Shown here piece after piece: positions 19,106-29,475 of a stretch of DNA of 64,000 bases. Numbering within the stretch: the first letter of the stretch is position 1; each line of letters starts with the position of its first letter. Origin of the DNA: a virus. Lineage: Duplodnaviria; Caudoviricetes. The notes beneath the pieces were generated by a model, which was given only the letters and a program-made list of their open reading frames with translations, was not told the DNA's origin and made no database searches. A program made the translations under genes and the position numbers. The DNA lies in the IMG/VR virus record IMGVR_UViG_3300016744_000001; one strand, given 5' to 3'.

Positions 19106-21994
19106 ATGGGTGCGAATAACAACACTGCATTTGATCCTGCTGACATCTATACTCAGCAGGAGATTGTTGGTACCACACAAACACCTGACAGTCTGATCAC
19201 TGTAAGTGTTCAGACAGATGAAGTTCAGTTTCCGAATGGTTCAAAACTCACTGGGCTTTCTCAAAACTTCAAAGAAAACCAATATGACACTTGCCCAAGT
19301 TCATTCGCCGTTTTCCTTGGGTTGAGCACACTCGATAGTAATATCAAAGCTATCGATCCGAACAGCAATTTCTTCAAAGACAACACTGTCATTTCACTCC
19401 CTCTGATCAATAGCAACTTTGCGCCGCCATGGCAACGAGCTGGTAACTGGTCAGTCGTGGATGATCAAGCGTATTACACGGGCATTGCGAATGATCCTGA
19501 AAACTACCTCAAGATCCCATCCTCAGTAATCCCGTTTGTTGGCTACTACTACCTCAATCTCTCAGTAGCCAGATTGGACAGTGGTTATCTGAAGGTATAT
19601 GACCACACTGACAAGTTGGTTGCTACCATTAATAAAGCTGGTGAGTACAATGTCGAAATGTACATCGCCAGTCCAGATGTCACCACATTCAAGATTGTTT
19701 CTGAGGGAACTTTCCCTGGTGACTACGTCAATATTGACACCGTGCGGTTCTGCCGTGTCACGGATCGATTCCGTGATTACTTCTTGTACCTGATCGATAG
19801 TCTCGGTCTTCAAGGTGCAAACGAAGAAGTGATCAAGAAAGTTGTCACTGAAGTAGTAGCGGCGGCGCTTGTTGAGATCAACCAGAAACTCAGTGATACT
19901 GAACTCGAAGTGACTGATCACAAGAATGCCAACGGTAACGTGCACAATCTCACCTTGTCGGAATTGCACGCTGCTTCAGATGTCCACACTCATCCAGAGT
20001 TTACGACATTTCAATCAATCATTGATCGATTGGTTGCACACATGTCTGACACAGCAACCAATCCCCATGGTATCTCATGTGCAATGATCAAAGCCGCGCC
20101 AGAGATCCACAAGCACCAGCCTGAAGAGTGTGGTGCGGCTGCTGCAATCCACGCACACCCAGACTTGGCAAATGCTGCCGAACTTGCTGATCTCAAAACC
20201 AATCTTCCGACGATGATTGATGATGAAATCAGCAAGCAGATCCTGTCAAGTAACTTTGGTGCTGCGCCATACATCATCACTGAACCAAAGAGTCTTGGTG
20301 AAGAACCTTTGATGGCTGAGGACAGTCTGATCAACAAACCAGCACCAATGGTGTTGTTCCCATACGTCCTTCATCAATCAGCTTCAGACTACGACTACAA
20401 AAGCGGTTATGCTGAAGCCAATCGTCTTGGGATCAACAACCGTAGTGCCGCACTGGCTTTTTCTGACTACTACTGCACTAACTTCGCACTGCAGGAAGCA
20501 GGAACAAACATCCCTGAAACGATCCTGCAGTACACATTCCACACACCCAGAGAGATCTCTGGTTTGTCAATCTTTAAGGATGTCAGCAATGCCGTAACTG
20601 GCTATGCTTCATCCATTGCGGTATACGTGGATGGCGCACTGGTCGGCTCGATTAGTAATCTGTCTTGGTCTGATTTCAATAAGCGTCTTGAAACAGATGC
20701 TCTTGGTCATACTGACATTTTGTTCACCAAGGTCAGTGGTACAAGGATCAAGTTGGTGATCAATGGTGCGAAAATGGATAGTTCTCTGCAATGGGCAATC
20801 CGTGTTCGTTTCAAGTTCATTGACGTTCCAAGTACGATTCCTGGCACGTTCACAATCAACTCACCATTCAAGATGAACTTCGGGATGGTGGCAAACACTA
20901 CAATCGATGGCAACATGGATGGTAACGGGCGGATGAGTGGGACGGTTGACCTGCCTACGTTGGATAGCCCAACATACATCTATCTGAAAAAGAGTGGCGA
21001 TGTTTCTTACACCACTCAGATGGACAACATCCCGTCAGAGTTTTCCAGATTGCAACTTGGTCAGAATGTTCTTCTGAACAAATACCTGTCTGGCAACTCT
21101 CATCCTGCATGGGGTGCGATCTCTGCGAACAGTGAAGATCCATCTTACCCTGTCCGAAACATCTACAACGATGGTTCAACGTACTACAAAAGTGTGAATG
21201 GTGCTGCATCAGCTGTACTGACACATGTGTACGTTCAACCACAGTCAGGGATCAGTGGTTTGCGGTTTATCTTTGCTGAACTGCTGGCTAGCTTGAACCT
21301 GATCCCAGATACCATTTCTATTCAGTTCATCACACAACCCAACTGGCAAAGTGGAGACACCACAGAAGTCGCTCTTGCGCCAATCGTGATTTCAGATGTT
21401 CTTCCAATTCGCCGAGCGAATGGTAGTGGTTTCATCTGGAAGAAACTCTACTTTAATGATGACAACAGACCGAAACAGGTCTCAAAGGTCATCATGACTT
21501 TGTACGGAAACAAAAATCAACCAGCACTTGCCATGAGTAATTTTGGTATGATGTTGCGTGGTTGGTGGTTCAATCCTTGGTCTGGAGCAAGTACAAATAT
21601 TGCTCGTTGTCCATTTGGTAGGTTTGAACGAGTCGCACTACCAGCAACAAGCACGTTGCCAGCAGCAATTGAACATAACGGTGTATCGACCGGTAAATGT
21701 ACGTATTATCCAATCGATCACTTTAATGTTCTGTCGGCTGGAACCTACCAGATTCCAAATCCGTTCAGTACTCAAGAGATCACAGCAGACATCATGGCGA
21801 TGACTCTTGATACTGGTTCATCTGGATCAACGAAAACCCAGAACCTTTTGGCTGAAGTTGAAAACCTTCCGTCAATTGTGTCGACAAGTAGCAATGAACC
21901 CTTGGCTGAGATCACTCAGATTTCAGTTGATCACATCACAATCCAAGTATACTCCACCGGCAGGTATGCGGTAAAGGTGTTTCGTCTATGGTAA
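19106..21994 (+). CDS. Virion fibre / baseplate structural protein with NPH and HxH repeats and beta-sandwich domains
   Basis: HMSDTATNPHGIS, HTHP, HKHQP, HAHP; GAGGA RBS; paralogous N-terminal half with 23186..25423. Confidence 0.65.
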   Translation: MGANNNTAFDPADIYTQQEIVGTTQTPDSLITVSVQTDEVQFPNGSKLTGLSQNFKENQYDTCPSSFAVFLGLSTLDSNIKAIDPNSNFFKDNTVISLPLINSNFAPPWQRAGNWSVVDDQAYYTGIANDPENYLKIPSSVIPFVGYYYLNLSVARLDSGYLKVYDHTDKLVATINKAGEYNVEMYIASPDVTTFKIVSEGTFPGDYVNIDTVRFCRVTDRFRDYFLYLIDSLGLQGANEEVIKKVVTEVVAAALVEINQKLSDTELEVTDHKNANGNVHNLTLSELHAASDVHTHPEFTTFQSIIDRLVAHMSDTATNPHGISCAMIKAAPEIHKHQPEECGAAAAIHAHPDLANAAELADLKTNLPTMIDDEISKQILSSNFGAAPYIITEPKSLGEEPLMAEDSLINKPAPMVLFPYVLHQSASDYDYKSGYAEANRLGINNRSAALAFSDYYCTNFALQEAGTNIPETILQYTFHTPREISGLSIFKDVSNAVTGYASSIAVYVDGALVGSISNLSWSDFNKRLETDALGHTDILFTKVSGTRIKLVINGAKMDSSLQWAIRVRFKFIDVPSTIPGTFTINSPFKMNFGMVANTTIDGNMDGNGRMSGTVDLPTLDSPTYIYLKKSGDVSYTTQMDNIPSEFSRLQLGQNVLLNKYLSGNSHPAWGAISANSEDPSYPVRNIYNDGSTYYKSVNGAASAVLTHVYVQPQSGISGLRFIFAELLASLNLIPDTISIQFITQPNWQSGDTTEVALAPIVISDVLPIRRANGSGFIWKKLYFNDDNRPKQVSKVIMTLYGNKNQPALAMSNFGMMLRGWWFNPWSGASTNIARCPFGRFERVALPATSTLPAAIEHNGVSTGKCTYYPIDHFNVLSAGTYQIPNPFSTQEITADIMAMTLDTGSSGSTKTQNLLAEVENLPSIVSTSSNEPLAEITQISVDHITIQVYSTGRYAVKVFRLW

Positions 21995-23100
21995 TCAGCA
22001 ACAATACGAACTGGCGGCAAACGTACTACCAACAGGTCATGGCTTGTCTCAAAGAGTTTTGTGGTAAGCCTGCTGAAATACCGGCAACGCTAACACTACC
22101 AGCATCCGACAAAAACTGCATGTTCGAGTTTGGTGGCAGCAAGTTTTCTTCGGGAACAGCGATGCTTGTTGCCACTCCTTCAGGATTTCCAAACTCAGCA
22201 ATTGCGTTGAAACAACGTAAACGCAATGGCATTCATGCCAGCAGTAAAGTGTGGATCAATTGTCTGATAGGGATCGCTCATCATCAATACGGAATAACCA
22301 ACATTGGGATCTACCAAGTCAAACGGATTCGTCGAGCTGACAGTGTTGTCCAAGGGACTAAGCTCGAAAACATCGTTGATCTGGAACTCATTGTTGGGTT
22401 AACACAAGCCAGTCCGGAACAAACCAGAGACCTGGACTGGCTGTCTCCGTATCATCGAAAATATCCAGGACTGCGCAAACTTGCATCTGTCTTACTGGAT
22501 AAGCTGGAGATGTTCAACTGTGCAGTTCCGATGTACCTTGAACCATTCAGGATTATTCGGAAGTACACACAGAAAGAGCCTGACTTCAACAAGCTCATGC
22601 TGTACACAGATCTGACGATTCCTGAGAACCTGTCAGATCTGGTTCCAAAGTACGTAATTTACGAAAAGAACATGGCAGAGGTAATCAGGTTTGATCACTT
22701 CTACCAGTTTGAGAATGCCTTGACGAACACCTGTCAACAGCTGATCCAAACTTACCCGTTCATTTACTTGCTGTTGTGTCATCACACATCACCAAGTGAG
22801 TCAGGTGGGGTGGAACTACTCACGCACGCTTTCATTTGCTCTCAGGAGAACGAAGGTAAACCGTTATTGTTCCACAAGACAGGTTATGTCTACAAACACA
22901 CTGGTCAAGAGATTGGTCGTTCGACTGACCTTGAAGGCTTCATCCGAAGCAACTACAATGAGTCGTACCTACACAGCTTGCTTGGTGTTCACGGTGGTGG
23001 CATCCAAAGACTGCTCACGTACATCAAAAGTAGTAAAGATGGGTGTTTGTACGTCCCACTCAAGTTCGTGCTCTGTACACGCAAATACACGCAATTTTGA
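21988..23100 (+). CDS. Hypothetical protein
   Basis: 370 aa ORF overlapping the previous stop, followed by a hairpin. Confidence 0.7.
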   Translation: MVISNNTNWRQTYYQQVMACLKEFCGKPAEIPATLTLPASDKNCMFEFGGSKFSSGTAMLVATPSGFPNSAIALKQRKRNGIHASSKVWINCLIGIAHHQYGITNIGIYQVKRIRRADSVVQGTKLENIVDLELIVGLTQASPEQTRDLDWLSPYHRKYPGLRKLASVLLDKLEMFNCAVPMYLEPFRIIRKYTQKEPDFNKLMLYTDLTIPENLSDLVPKYVIYEKNMAEVIRFDHFYQFENALTNTCQQLIQTYPFIYLLLCHHTSPSESGGVELLTHAFICSQENEGKPLLFHKTGYVYKHTGQEIGRSTDLEGFIRSNYNESYLHSLLGVHGGGIQRLLTYIKSSKDGCLYVPLKFVLCTRKYTQF

Positions 23101-23102
23101 GC

Positions 23103-23134
23103 ATAGTGAGTGCAGGTCACCCTGCACTCACTAT
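23103..23134. terminator. Hairpin
   Basis: ATAGTGAGTGCAGG-tcac-CCTGCACTCACTAT. Confidence 0.75.
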
Positions 23135-23185
23135 TTATGTCGGGATCATATGGTCAATTCAAAAGCTTACCTAAGAGGAAGAATC

Positions 23186-25423
23186 ATGTCACAAGCTGAT
23201 TTGAATACAACTACTGGTGCGACGTTGACTCCAGCCGGGATCATCAGTGAACAAGCAACTGTTGATACCCTCAGAGCGCAGAATCTTAATCTTGGTGGTC
23301 AACAAGCATCAGGCATCTCTCATGACTATACGGATGATGACCTCAAAAAGCTTGCATCCATCCTTGCTGTGCGCAACTCTTCTGAAGAACTGCGCGCCGC
23401 ACTGGCTGCGCTTGGACGAGATCTGTCCAATATCTACCTGACTCCCGTACTGTCAGAAGTACTTGCTCCACCGAACTTCTCAGACTTGTCAAAGTGGTTG
23501 TTGGGTGAAGGTTGGGTGATTGAAGACAGTGATGCTCTTTACATCAACCGCAAAGAAGTCGCTCCTGAACAAGCGATCTTGCGTTTGGACTCATCTGCGT
23601 TTATCAGTCCTGGTCTGCACTTTGTTGACATGACTGTTCTTGAAATCGAATCTGGTGCAGAACTCATCGTTCGCAATGAAGCTGGCGAGGTCTTCAAAAA
23701 GATCACCTCAGCTGGGCAATACAGATTTGAAATCCTTGTCGACAACCCAGCGACTGCTTACCTTGAGTTTGTTGCTGGACTCCTTGATCCAAGCTATTCA
23801 ATTCGGATTGATGAGATCAACGTGTACCATGTCAAGAACTCATTCAGTTCTTACATGTACTACATGTCTGGCAAAATCATGTCTGGTGGTAGTGGGTTTG
23901 CTTCAATCGATGACATTAACAATGCGGTCAACAATCTTGATGCTGCATTGAGGATTTACGTCAACACTGTGGTTGATGGCAAAACTAGTCAAATGACTGC
24001 GCATATTGCGGATACCACTAGCAACCCGCACAACATCACACCAGCCTTGATCAAAGCAGCAAAAGAACTTCACAGGCATTTGCTTGGTGATATCGATGGT
24101 GTTACTGATCAGATCTTGACACCGATCAGTCAGAACGCTGCAATGTTACAAAACCTGTCGAATGCCATCACGTCTCACTTTGCGGCAATCAACCCGCACG
24201 GAATCACTCCGGCGATCATCAAAGCTGCAAATGAAAAACACCTGCATCTTCCAGAAGACATCAATGGACTCGTGGACTTTGAGTCCTACGTCAAAGATCT
24301 GGAAACAAGTGTCAATGCCCATTTCACCGCAATTGAAAACCGAATGGACAACTCTCAGTCTGATGCAACTGTTGTTGCAGACATGCTCAGAAAGCATGAA
24401 CAGAAGACAGGAAACGCACATAATTCAGTCCCGGCTGACTTTGGCATTGTTTTGGCTACTCCAGCTGAAGCTGTTGCTGGTACTAGTGGTACGTTGTATA
24501 TGTCACCACTGGATGATCGCACTGCTTTAGAAGCGTACGTCACTGAGAAAAATGTTGATCCGGTTAAACTTAATCCAAGGTACCTAGGCAGGTTTTCACT
24601 TAAGCCAGAAAACCTGAGCGTGAACATCCCAGTAATTGCGAATCGCAGATACCAGTTTGTTCTGTCAGGAATTAAGCAAATGGATCTGCGCAGTGTGACA
24701 ATGACTGCTAATGGTACTATTCAAACTGTCAGTGGTACAGCGAACCACATCAGCTTTGTTCAGAAAGCCGGGAGCACTCTTGTCAGTGAAACCGTTGACG
24801 GTTGGAAGTTTGTGCCCTCAACCTCACAATACACTACCGTGCAGGGGACATATGACTTTGATACGAATACTGGGGTACTTCGTGGTCGTGGGATTGGTTA
24901 CGTCCTCAATAGCAGTTTCGTCTCTACTGGTATTACTGACCTGCTTGATTTCACAAGTGCGTTTGACACTCCAGTTCAGATTGACAGCTTGGACACTCTC
25001 ACGCTGACAGCAACAGCAATCCCAGCCGATGGTGAGATCATCATTGACATGTACGAGTTGATGTCAGTTGACATCAATCAGGTGGTAACTGATGCCAACC
25101 CCACGGGGTCAATCATCTACAGAATGGGCACCGCAGCTCTTGCGAACTACAGTCTGTTTGATGGTAGCATATTGCCACGTTCAGTGTACTCTGAATTGTT
25201 AGCGTACGCTAGCAGCACTGGCATGATCGTTGACCAAACTACGTGGGACACTGAAGTTTCCACGAATGGTTACTGTGAAAAGTTTGGGATGGGTGATGGA
25301 ACAACAACGTTCCGTTTGCCTAAACTCAAAAATAACACTGTGATCAACCCTTACATCAAACTCAACTCAAAACTATTGCCCTCACCTGCCCAGGTGATGT
25401 ATCAATTTGTTTGGGGAAGTTAA
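23186..25423 (+). CDS. Tail fibre-like protein with NPH repeats and C-terminal tail-collar domain
   Basis: SNPHNITPA, INPHGITPA, HRH/HLH; PTGSII..FDGS..R..YSEL..GDGTTTFRLP collar motif; GAGG RBS. Confidence 0.75.
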   Translation: MSQADLNTTTGATLTPAGIISEQATVDTLRAQNLNLGGQQASGISHDYTDDDLKKLASILAVRNSSEELRAALAALGRDLSNIYLTPVLSEVLAPPNFSDLSKWLLGEGWVIEDSDALYINRKEVAPEQAILRLDSSAFISPGLHFVDMTVLEIESGAELIVRNEAGEVFKKITSAGQYRFEILVDNPATAYLEFVAGLLDPSYSIRIDEINVYHVKNSFSSYMYYMSGKIMSGGSGFASIDDINNAVNNLDAALRIYVNTVVDGKTSQMTAHIADTTSNPHNITPALIKAAKELHRHLLGDIDGVTDQILTPISQNAAMLQNLSNAITSHFAAINPHGITPAIIKAANEKHLHLPEDINGLVDFESYVKDLETSVNAHFTAIENRMDNSQSDATVVADMLRKHEQKTGNAHNSVPADFGIVLATPAEAVAGTSGTLYMSPLDDRTALEAYVTEKNVDPVKLNPRYLGRFSLKPENLSVNIPVIANRRYQFVLSGIKQMDLRSVTMTANGTIQTVSGTANHISFVQKAGSTLVSETVDGWKFVPSTSQYTTVQGTYDFDTNTGVLRGRGIGYVLNSSFVSTGITDLLDFTSAFDTPVQIDSLDTLTLTATAIPADGEIIIDMYELMSVDINQVVTDANPTGSIIYRMGTAALANYSLFDGSILPRSVYSELLAYASSTGMIVDQTTWDTEVSTNGYCEKFGMGDGTTTFRLPKLKNNTVINPYIKLNSKLLPSPAQVMYQFVWGS

Positions 25424-25427
25424 GCTC

Positions 25428-25461
25428 TATCCATCCTCTGGGATATCCCAGAGGATGGATA
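25428..25461. terminator. Perfect palindrome between convergent genes
   Basis: TATCCATCCTCTGGGAT|ATCCCAGAGGATGGATA. Confidence 0.75.
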
Positions 25462-25464
25462 TCT

Positions 25465-26532
25465 TTAGAACAAAGCAATATTCACGGTACCTGCACCACC
25501 AGCTGCCCCGGCAATACCGTTTCCTGCAACACCACCAAGTCCACCAGTCGCAGTGATCTTGCTGGGACTATTGATCGTGCCACGATGGAAGAGATGAATT
25601 GCACCACCACCTGAGCCGGCACCACCTTGTGAATATGGATACGAACCACCCACTGTGGAGTGACCATTACCACCATTGGAACCGTTACTCTGGATTGCTC
25701 CACTTGCACCGAAGATGATGTTTCCTCGAACAAAGAGAATCAACAGACCACCGGTACCGGTGCCACCAACACCAGCACGGCTACCACCAGCAATCCCACC
25801 TGGGTTACCGGCACCACCACCACCTTGTGAGTTGTTAATTGCCGCACCATGACCACCCGCTCCGCCATTGTCGGTGCCAGCAGTACAACCATTGAACGCA
25901 GAAGTATTGCTCATCCCAGCAGCATCTGAGTTCGAAGCTCCACCACCAGCACCCGCACCGCCAGAAAAGGAGGTTGCATGACCACCACGATACAAGTAGT
26001 TACCACCACCAGCACCACAGGCACCATTTACTCCAATACCGCCAACTGCAACTGACGTGATGTATGGTTTGCCGGTTGTTCCCAAACCACCTTGCTTCTT
26101 GATCACTGTAAATGGTGAGTAGTCGAAGCCACTATCCAGGGCATCGGTATAATAGATCTTTTTGTGTACCTTGTCAATAATGACATTTTGCCCAGCAACT
26201 TTCGCCCCACGGGCAGTCATTGATAGTTTACCATTGATGACCAAATCACCAAGGATATTCAAATACAAACCTTTACAACGTTGAGTTGTGGTGACGGTAT
26301 GCCCAGCGTTGATTGTAAAGTTATTAAAACTCAACACCGCCGGATTGCTATCCAATGATGATGTAAACTGATCGTGTGCGGCGACCCCGGTTGACGAAAA
26401 ATCAGTGAGGTTTGTTTCATCAAAAGCAAATGTTGACAATGCTAACGGTGGTGTAAAGTCTAAAACTTTTTCCACGTATACTTCAGGTGGCATCTGTTCA
26501 AGACAGATCGACATCAAGATTGGTTCATTCAT
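25465..26532 (-). CDS. Glycine-rich tail/fibre-associated protein
   Basis: Many GGxG repeats (GGAGAGGG, GTGGLLIL, GAGSGGGAI); AAGGA RBS before MNEPIL. Confidence 0.7.
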   Translation of the reverse strand: MNEPILMSICLEQMPPEVYVEKVLDFTPPLALSTFAFDETNLTDFSSTGVAAHDQFTSSLDSNPAVLSFNNFTINAGHTVTTTQRCKGLYLNILGDLVINGKLSMTARGAKVAGQNVIIDKVHKKIYYTDALDSGFDYSPFTVIKKQGGLGTTGKPYITSVAVGGIGVNGACGAGGGNYLYRGGHATSFSGGAGAGGGASNSDAAGMSNTSAFNGCTAGTDNGGAGGHGAAINNSQGGGGAGNPGGIAGGSRAGVGGTGTGGLLILFVRGNIIFGASGAIQSNGSNGGNGHSTVGGSYPYSQGGAGSGGGAIHLFHRGTINSPSKITATGGLGGVAGNGIAGAAGGAGTVNIALF

Positions 26533-26597
26533 TCTGACTTCCTTTGACAATTATGTGATTTGATTTTAGCAATTAACAAAAAACCTTGAGAGGAATT

Positions 26598-26981
26598 ATG
26601 TCAATGCGACCTTACGGCATGGTGGGGACAGACCAAATTATGTTCGCTGAGGACTGGAATAAGCCTACCGATATGATCCTTGTTGTATCAGCAAACTCAC
26701 CAGGCTCTGGTTATATTATCGATGAGACTGGCAACTGGGTATTACCTGCAAATGTCTCAGCAGCTAAAGAAGCGGTCCGCGCTGCCAGACAAGAGGCTAT
26801 CCTGAATGCTTGGCCAGTCGCACAACAAATGGAAGCCATCGGTGATCATCTGGGGGGTGACAGCACCAAGTTCGACAAGATGCAGCTTGAGCTGGAAGAG
26901 ATCAGGAAGAACTTTCCTTATCCAGAACAGTCAACCGCGGCATCAAAAGGTCTCAAACTCACTGTGAAAACTTCAAGTTAA
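26598..26981 (+). CDS. Tail fibre assembly chaperone-like protein
   Basis: PGSGYII..GNW, R..R....WP...Q.EA, IRKNFPYP pattern; GAGG RBS. Confidence 0.6.
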   Translation: MSMRPYGMVGTDQIMFAEDWNKPTDMILVVSANSPGSGYIIDETGNWVLPANVSAAKEAVRAARQEAILNAWPVAQQMEAIGDHLGGDSTKFDKMQLELEEIRKNFPYPEQSTAASKGLKLTVKTSS

Positions 26982-27012
26982 TGACTAGCTGGGGAATTTC
27001 CCCAGCTAGTCA
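26982..27012. terminator. Hairpin between convergent genes
   Basis: TGACTAGCTGGGGAA-t-TTCCCCAGCTAGTCA. Confidence 0.75.
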
Positions 27013-27016
27013 CTGA

Positions 27017-27940
27017 TTAGTACTTGAGCTTTCGTGTGATTTCCTTGCACACTTCCACATGGTTGTGTTCAACCCGATGGAGATCTTGCGCAGCCAATCC
27101 AAAGGTATCAAAGGTCTTGGCCATGAACAAACAAGCGTTTGCCAGAGAAGCCAGATCTTCTTTACTGAGGGATACCTGCGAATTGGACTGCAAATGCTTG
27201 GCGGCAGCAACGGAAGCTTGCATGTTGGCATCGCATTCCAGCAGGTATTTGTAGACGGCATGGATCTCATGCAAGAAGCGTTCATTGTCACTCAACAATG
27301 TACACTCCAAGTTGAACTCATCCATGCTCCGATATAGCTTGCTAAACTTCGCAGAGTTCGCACTGCTCTTGTCAAAACACTTGTCGTAAGTCACGAACAA
27401 GTTGTTGATCTTCTGCACTTCATTGGCTTGCCCAAACAGCAGAGCAACTGCTTCAGTGGTTGATGCACCTTCAACCAAACGGGCTTTGATCGTTTCACTG
27501 ACTTTGACAAATGACTTTGCCCTGACTTCCATGTCACAAGCCTGCAGACAGGCAAGGATCTTCTGAGTGACGTCAACGTACGTTGTTGTCAACCCTTTGG
27601 GGAGTGGCATGTCAAGGTTGGACACTTCGAGATATCCAGTCTTCCGAATACGCAACAGCGTCATTGCATACTTTTCCTTGTAGTCCTGCCACTCTGTCCG
27701 CTTCAATCCCTGAAACGCACGGTAGACAATCTTAAAGGAGTTAAAGAGTTTGGAGATCATGTTGGCGATGCCCGTGAGCAATCGCAGCATCATGTCAAAC
27801 AAGCCTTCCTGTCCAGCATAAGCCGCCAAGTTAGCTTGTGCAACCAAAAGCTCAGCATCAGTTACCAGAGCTGAGAAATGAAATCCGTACGTTTCTCTGG
27901 TGTCATCAATCACCAGATTGTCATCCATTGTCAACGACAT
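27017..27940 (-). CDS. Probable internal head protein, proteolytically processed
   Basis: Acidic propeptide ending AGQE|GLFDM, then an amphipathic helix, typical of phiKZ-like head proteins. Confidence 0.55.
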   Translation of the reverse strand: MSLTMDDNLVIDDTRETYGFHFSALVTDAELLVAQANLAAYAGQEGLFDMMLRLLTGIANMISKLFNSFKIVYRAFQGLKRTEWQDYKEKYAMTLLRIRKTGYLEVSNLDMPLPKGLTTTYVDVTQKILACLQACDMEVRAKSFVKVSETIKARLVEGASTTEAVALLFGQANEVQKINNLFVTYDKCFDKSSANSAKFSKLYRSMDEFNLECTLLSDNERFLHEIHAVYKYLLECDANMQASVAAAKHLQSNSQVSLSKEDLASLANACLFMAKTFDTFGLAAQDLHRVEHNHVEVCKEITRKLKY

Positions 27941-27941
27941 C

Positions 27942-29453
27942 TTAAGCCTCCAGCTTAACTTTAACCGTCATTCGGATTGGCGAAGTGATTGTCTGGAACG
28001 ATTCACCGAATGGTGAGCCAGCAGAGGCACCAGCCGTAAGATAACCAATCTGACCAACCTGAACCAAAATGTTGTTGTACTCATCATTGGGTTTCGGATT
28101 GGCAATGACACCAGTTTGGTCATTCCACTTTGATTCACCCCACTTGCTGTTGTACTCAACATACGCAGCTGTGGTAACCTTGGAAATGAACGGGTTCACC
28201 AGCATTGCTGACTTGCCCAATGGGATCGGGTTCAGCACAGGAACAACTGCCGTGTCACCAAATGGGACGTTCACCAACTGAAGAAGCTGGTTCGACGAGA
28301 AATAGGCTTTCGCAATATACACTCGCCGCAGTAGATCACCGGCATGTGTTGTCATCTCACATGTGGCGGTATTAAAGAAATCACCCTGACTGGCTTCTCG
28401 ATACGTGCCCATGGCTGGGCAATACTGAGTAACCCCGTAGTTGGTGAAATTCCCCTTTTCATCCAGGTCAACATACAGGTAGTGAACACCATCAGGCATT
28501 GTTGGTGCAAACAACCCGTTAATTGGTTGACCAAGAATTTTGCTCATCAGAACTTTGCCTTGATAAGCATACGCCACTTGCAGTTGGCTGTTGATCACGA
28601 AGTTGCGATCACCGCTTTGAACAACGGTGTTTGGTGGAACAGTGATGTCATACATACTCCACCCAGGTAGCCGTGCACCAACCTGACCAGCGACAACAGT
28701 CTGTGGTTTCACTGACAACGCCACCTGAACCATGTCTTTCACCAGAAACGATCCAGTGTGTGGTGTCAGGTAAGTAACGTCATTGTTCTGGTCAATTGCT
28801 TGCAGTTCAGTTGCTGGTGGATAGTCAGCAACATTGCCCAGCTGAACATCGCTCTTTGTAACCACATGCGGGTTACCCTTAATTGTGTTGATGTGGTCCA
28901 GGGCAACCGCAAGTACTGCGCGCAAACCACGCAACGAGACCAACACGTTCATGTCAGCCGTCTTGTCATACCCAGGGTCGAGTGGATCATCAGTAATTGC
29001 ATTGGGCAAGTTACCAAGTCCCACTTGTGACTTATCCACGGCATGAGGATTTTTTACATCCTTTTTGTGGGTGTCAAGTTGAATTGACAGATCTGTCAGC
29101 ATCTTGGAGATCTCTGACAGATCGACACTTGGATCAACGGTACCAAAGATACGGATGCTGAGTTTCCCACTGCCATCAGCAGCCTTGACAAACACCTTTT
29201 GGTTGTCAAGGCTGGAGATCTCGTAGTTGATCCCACCAACTTCTGGTGGATTTTTACCTGTCAGTGTCAGATAGTCCTCAACTGTATCTGCAGTCAAGGT
29301 CTGATCTGACGTGCTGAATACTGACACAGTTGTTCCACTAAGATTCTTGATAGTCAGAGCAGAAGTAGGGTCAGCAAACAGGTCATTAACTTGATGCCAG
29401 TTCGCATCAGGAATTGTGTATTCTTTCAATGTATCTGGTTGGTCAATTGCCAT
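27942..29453 (-). CDS. Virion structural protein (tail/baseplate) with NPH repeats
   Basis: KNPHAVDKSQVGLGN, GNPHVVTKSDVQLGNV; GAGG RBS. Confidence 0.7.
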   Translation of the reverse strand: MAIDQPDTLKEYTIPDANWHQVNDLFADPTSALTIKNLSGTTVSVFSTSDQTLTADTVEDYLTLTGKNPPEVGGINYEISSLDNQKVFVKAADGSGKLSIRIFGTVDPSVDLSEISKMLTDLSIQLDTHKKDVKNPHAVDKSQVGLGNLPNAITDDPLDPGYDKTADMNVLVSLRGLRAVLAVALDHINTIKGNPHVVTKSDVQLGNVADYPPATELQAIDQNNDVTYLTPHTGSFLVKDMVQVALSVKPQTVVAGQVGARLPGWSMYDITVPPNTVVQSGDRNFVINSQLQVAYAYQGKVLMSKILGQPINGLFAPTMPDGVHYLYVDLDEKGNFTNYGVTQYCPAMGTYREASQGDFFNTATCEMTTHAGDLLRRVYIAKAYFSSNQLLQLVNVPFGDTAVVPVLNPIPLGKSAMLVNPFISKVTTAAYVEYNSKWGESKWNDQTGVIANPKPNDEYNNILVQVGQIGYLTAGASAGSPFGESFQTITSPIRMTVKVKLEA

Positions 29454-29475
29454 GATATCCCTCGAATGGTCTTGG

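Noticed and set aside
22796-23185. N-terminal extension of the fibre ORF
   Set aside because: Overlaps the upstream gene and crosses a hairpin; the RBS supports a start at 23186.
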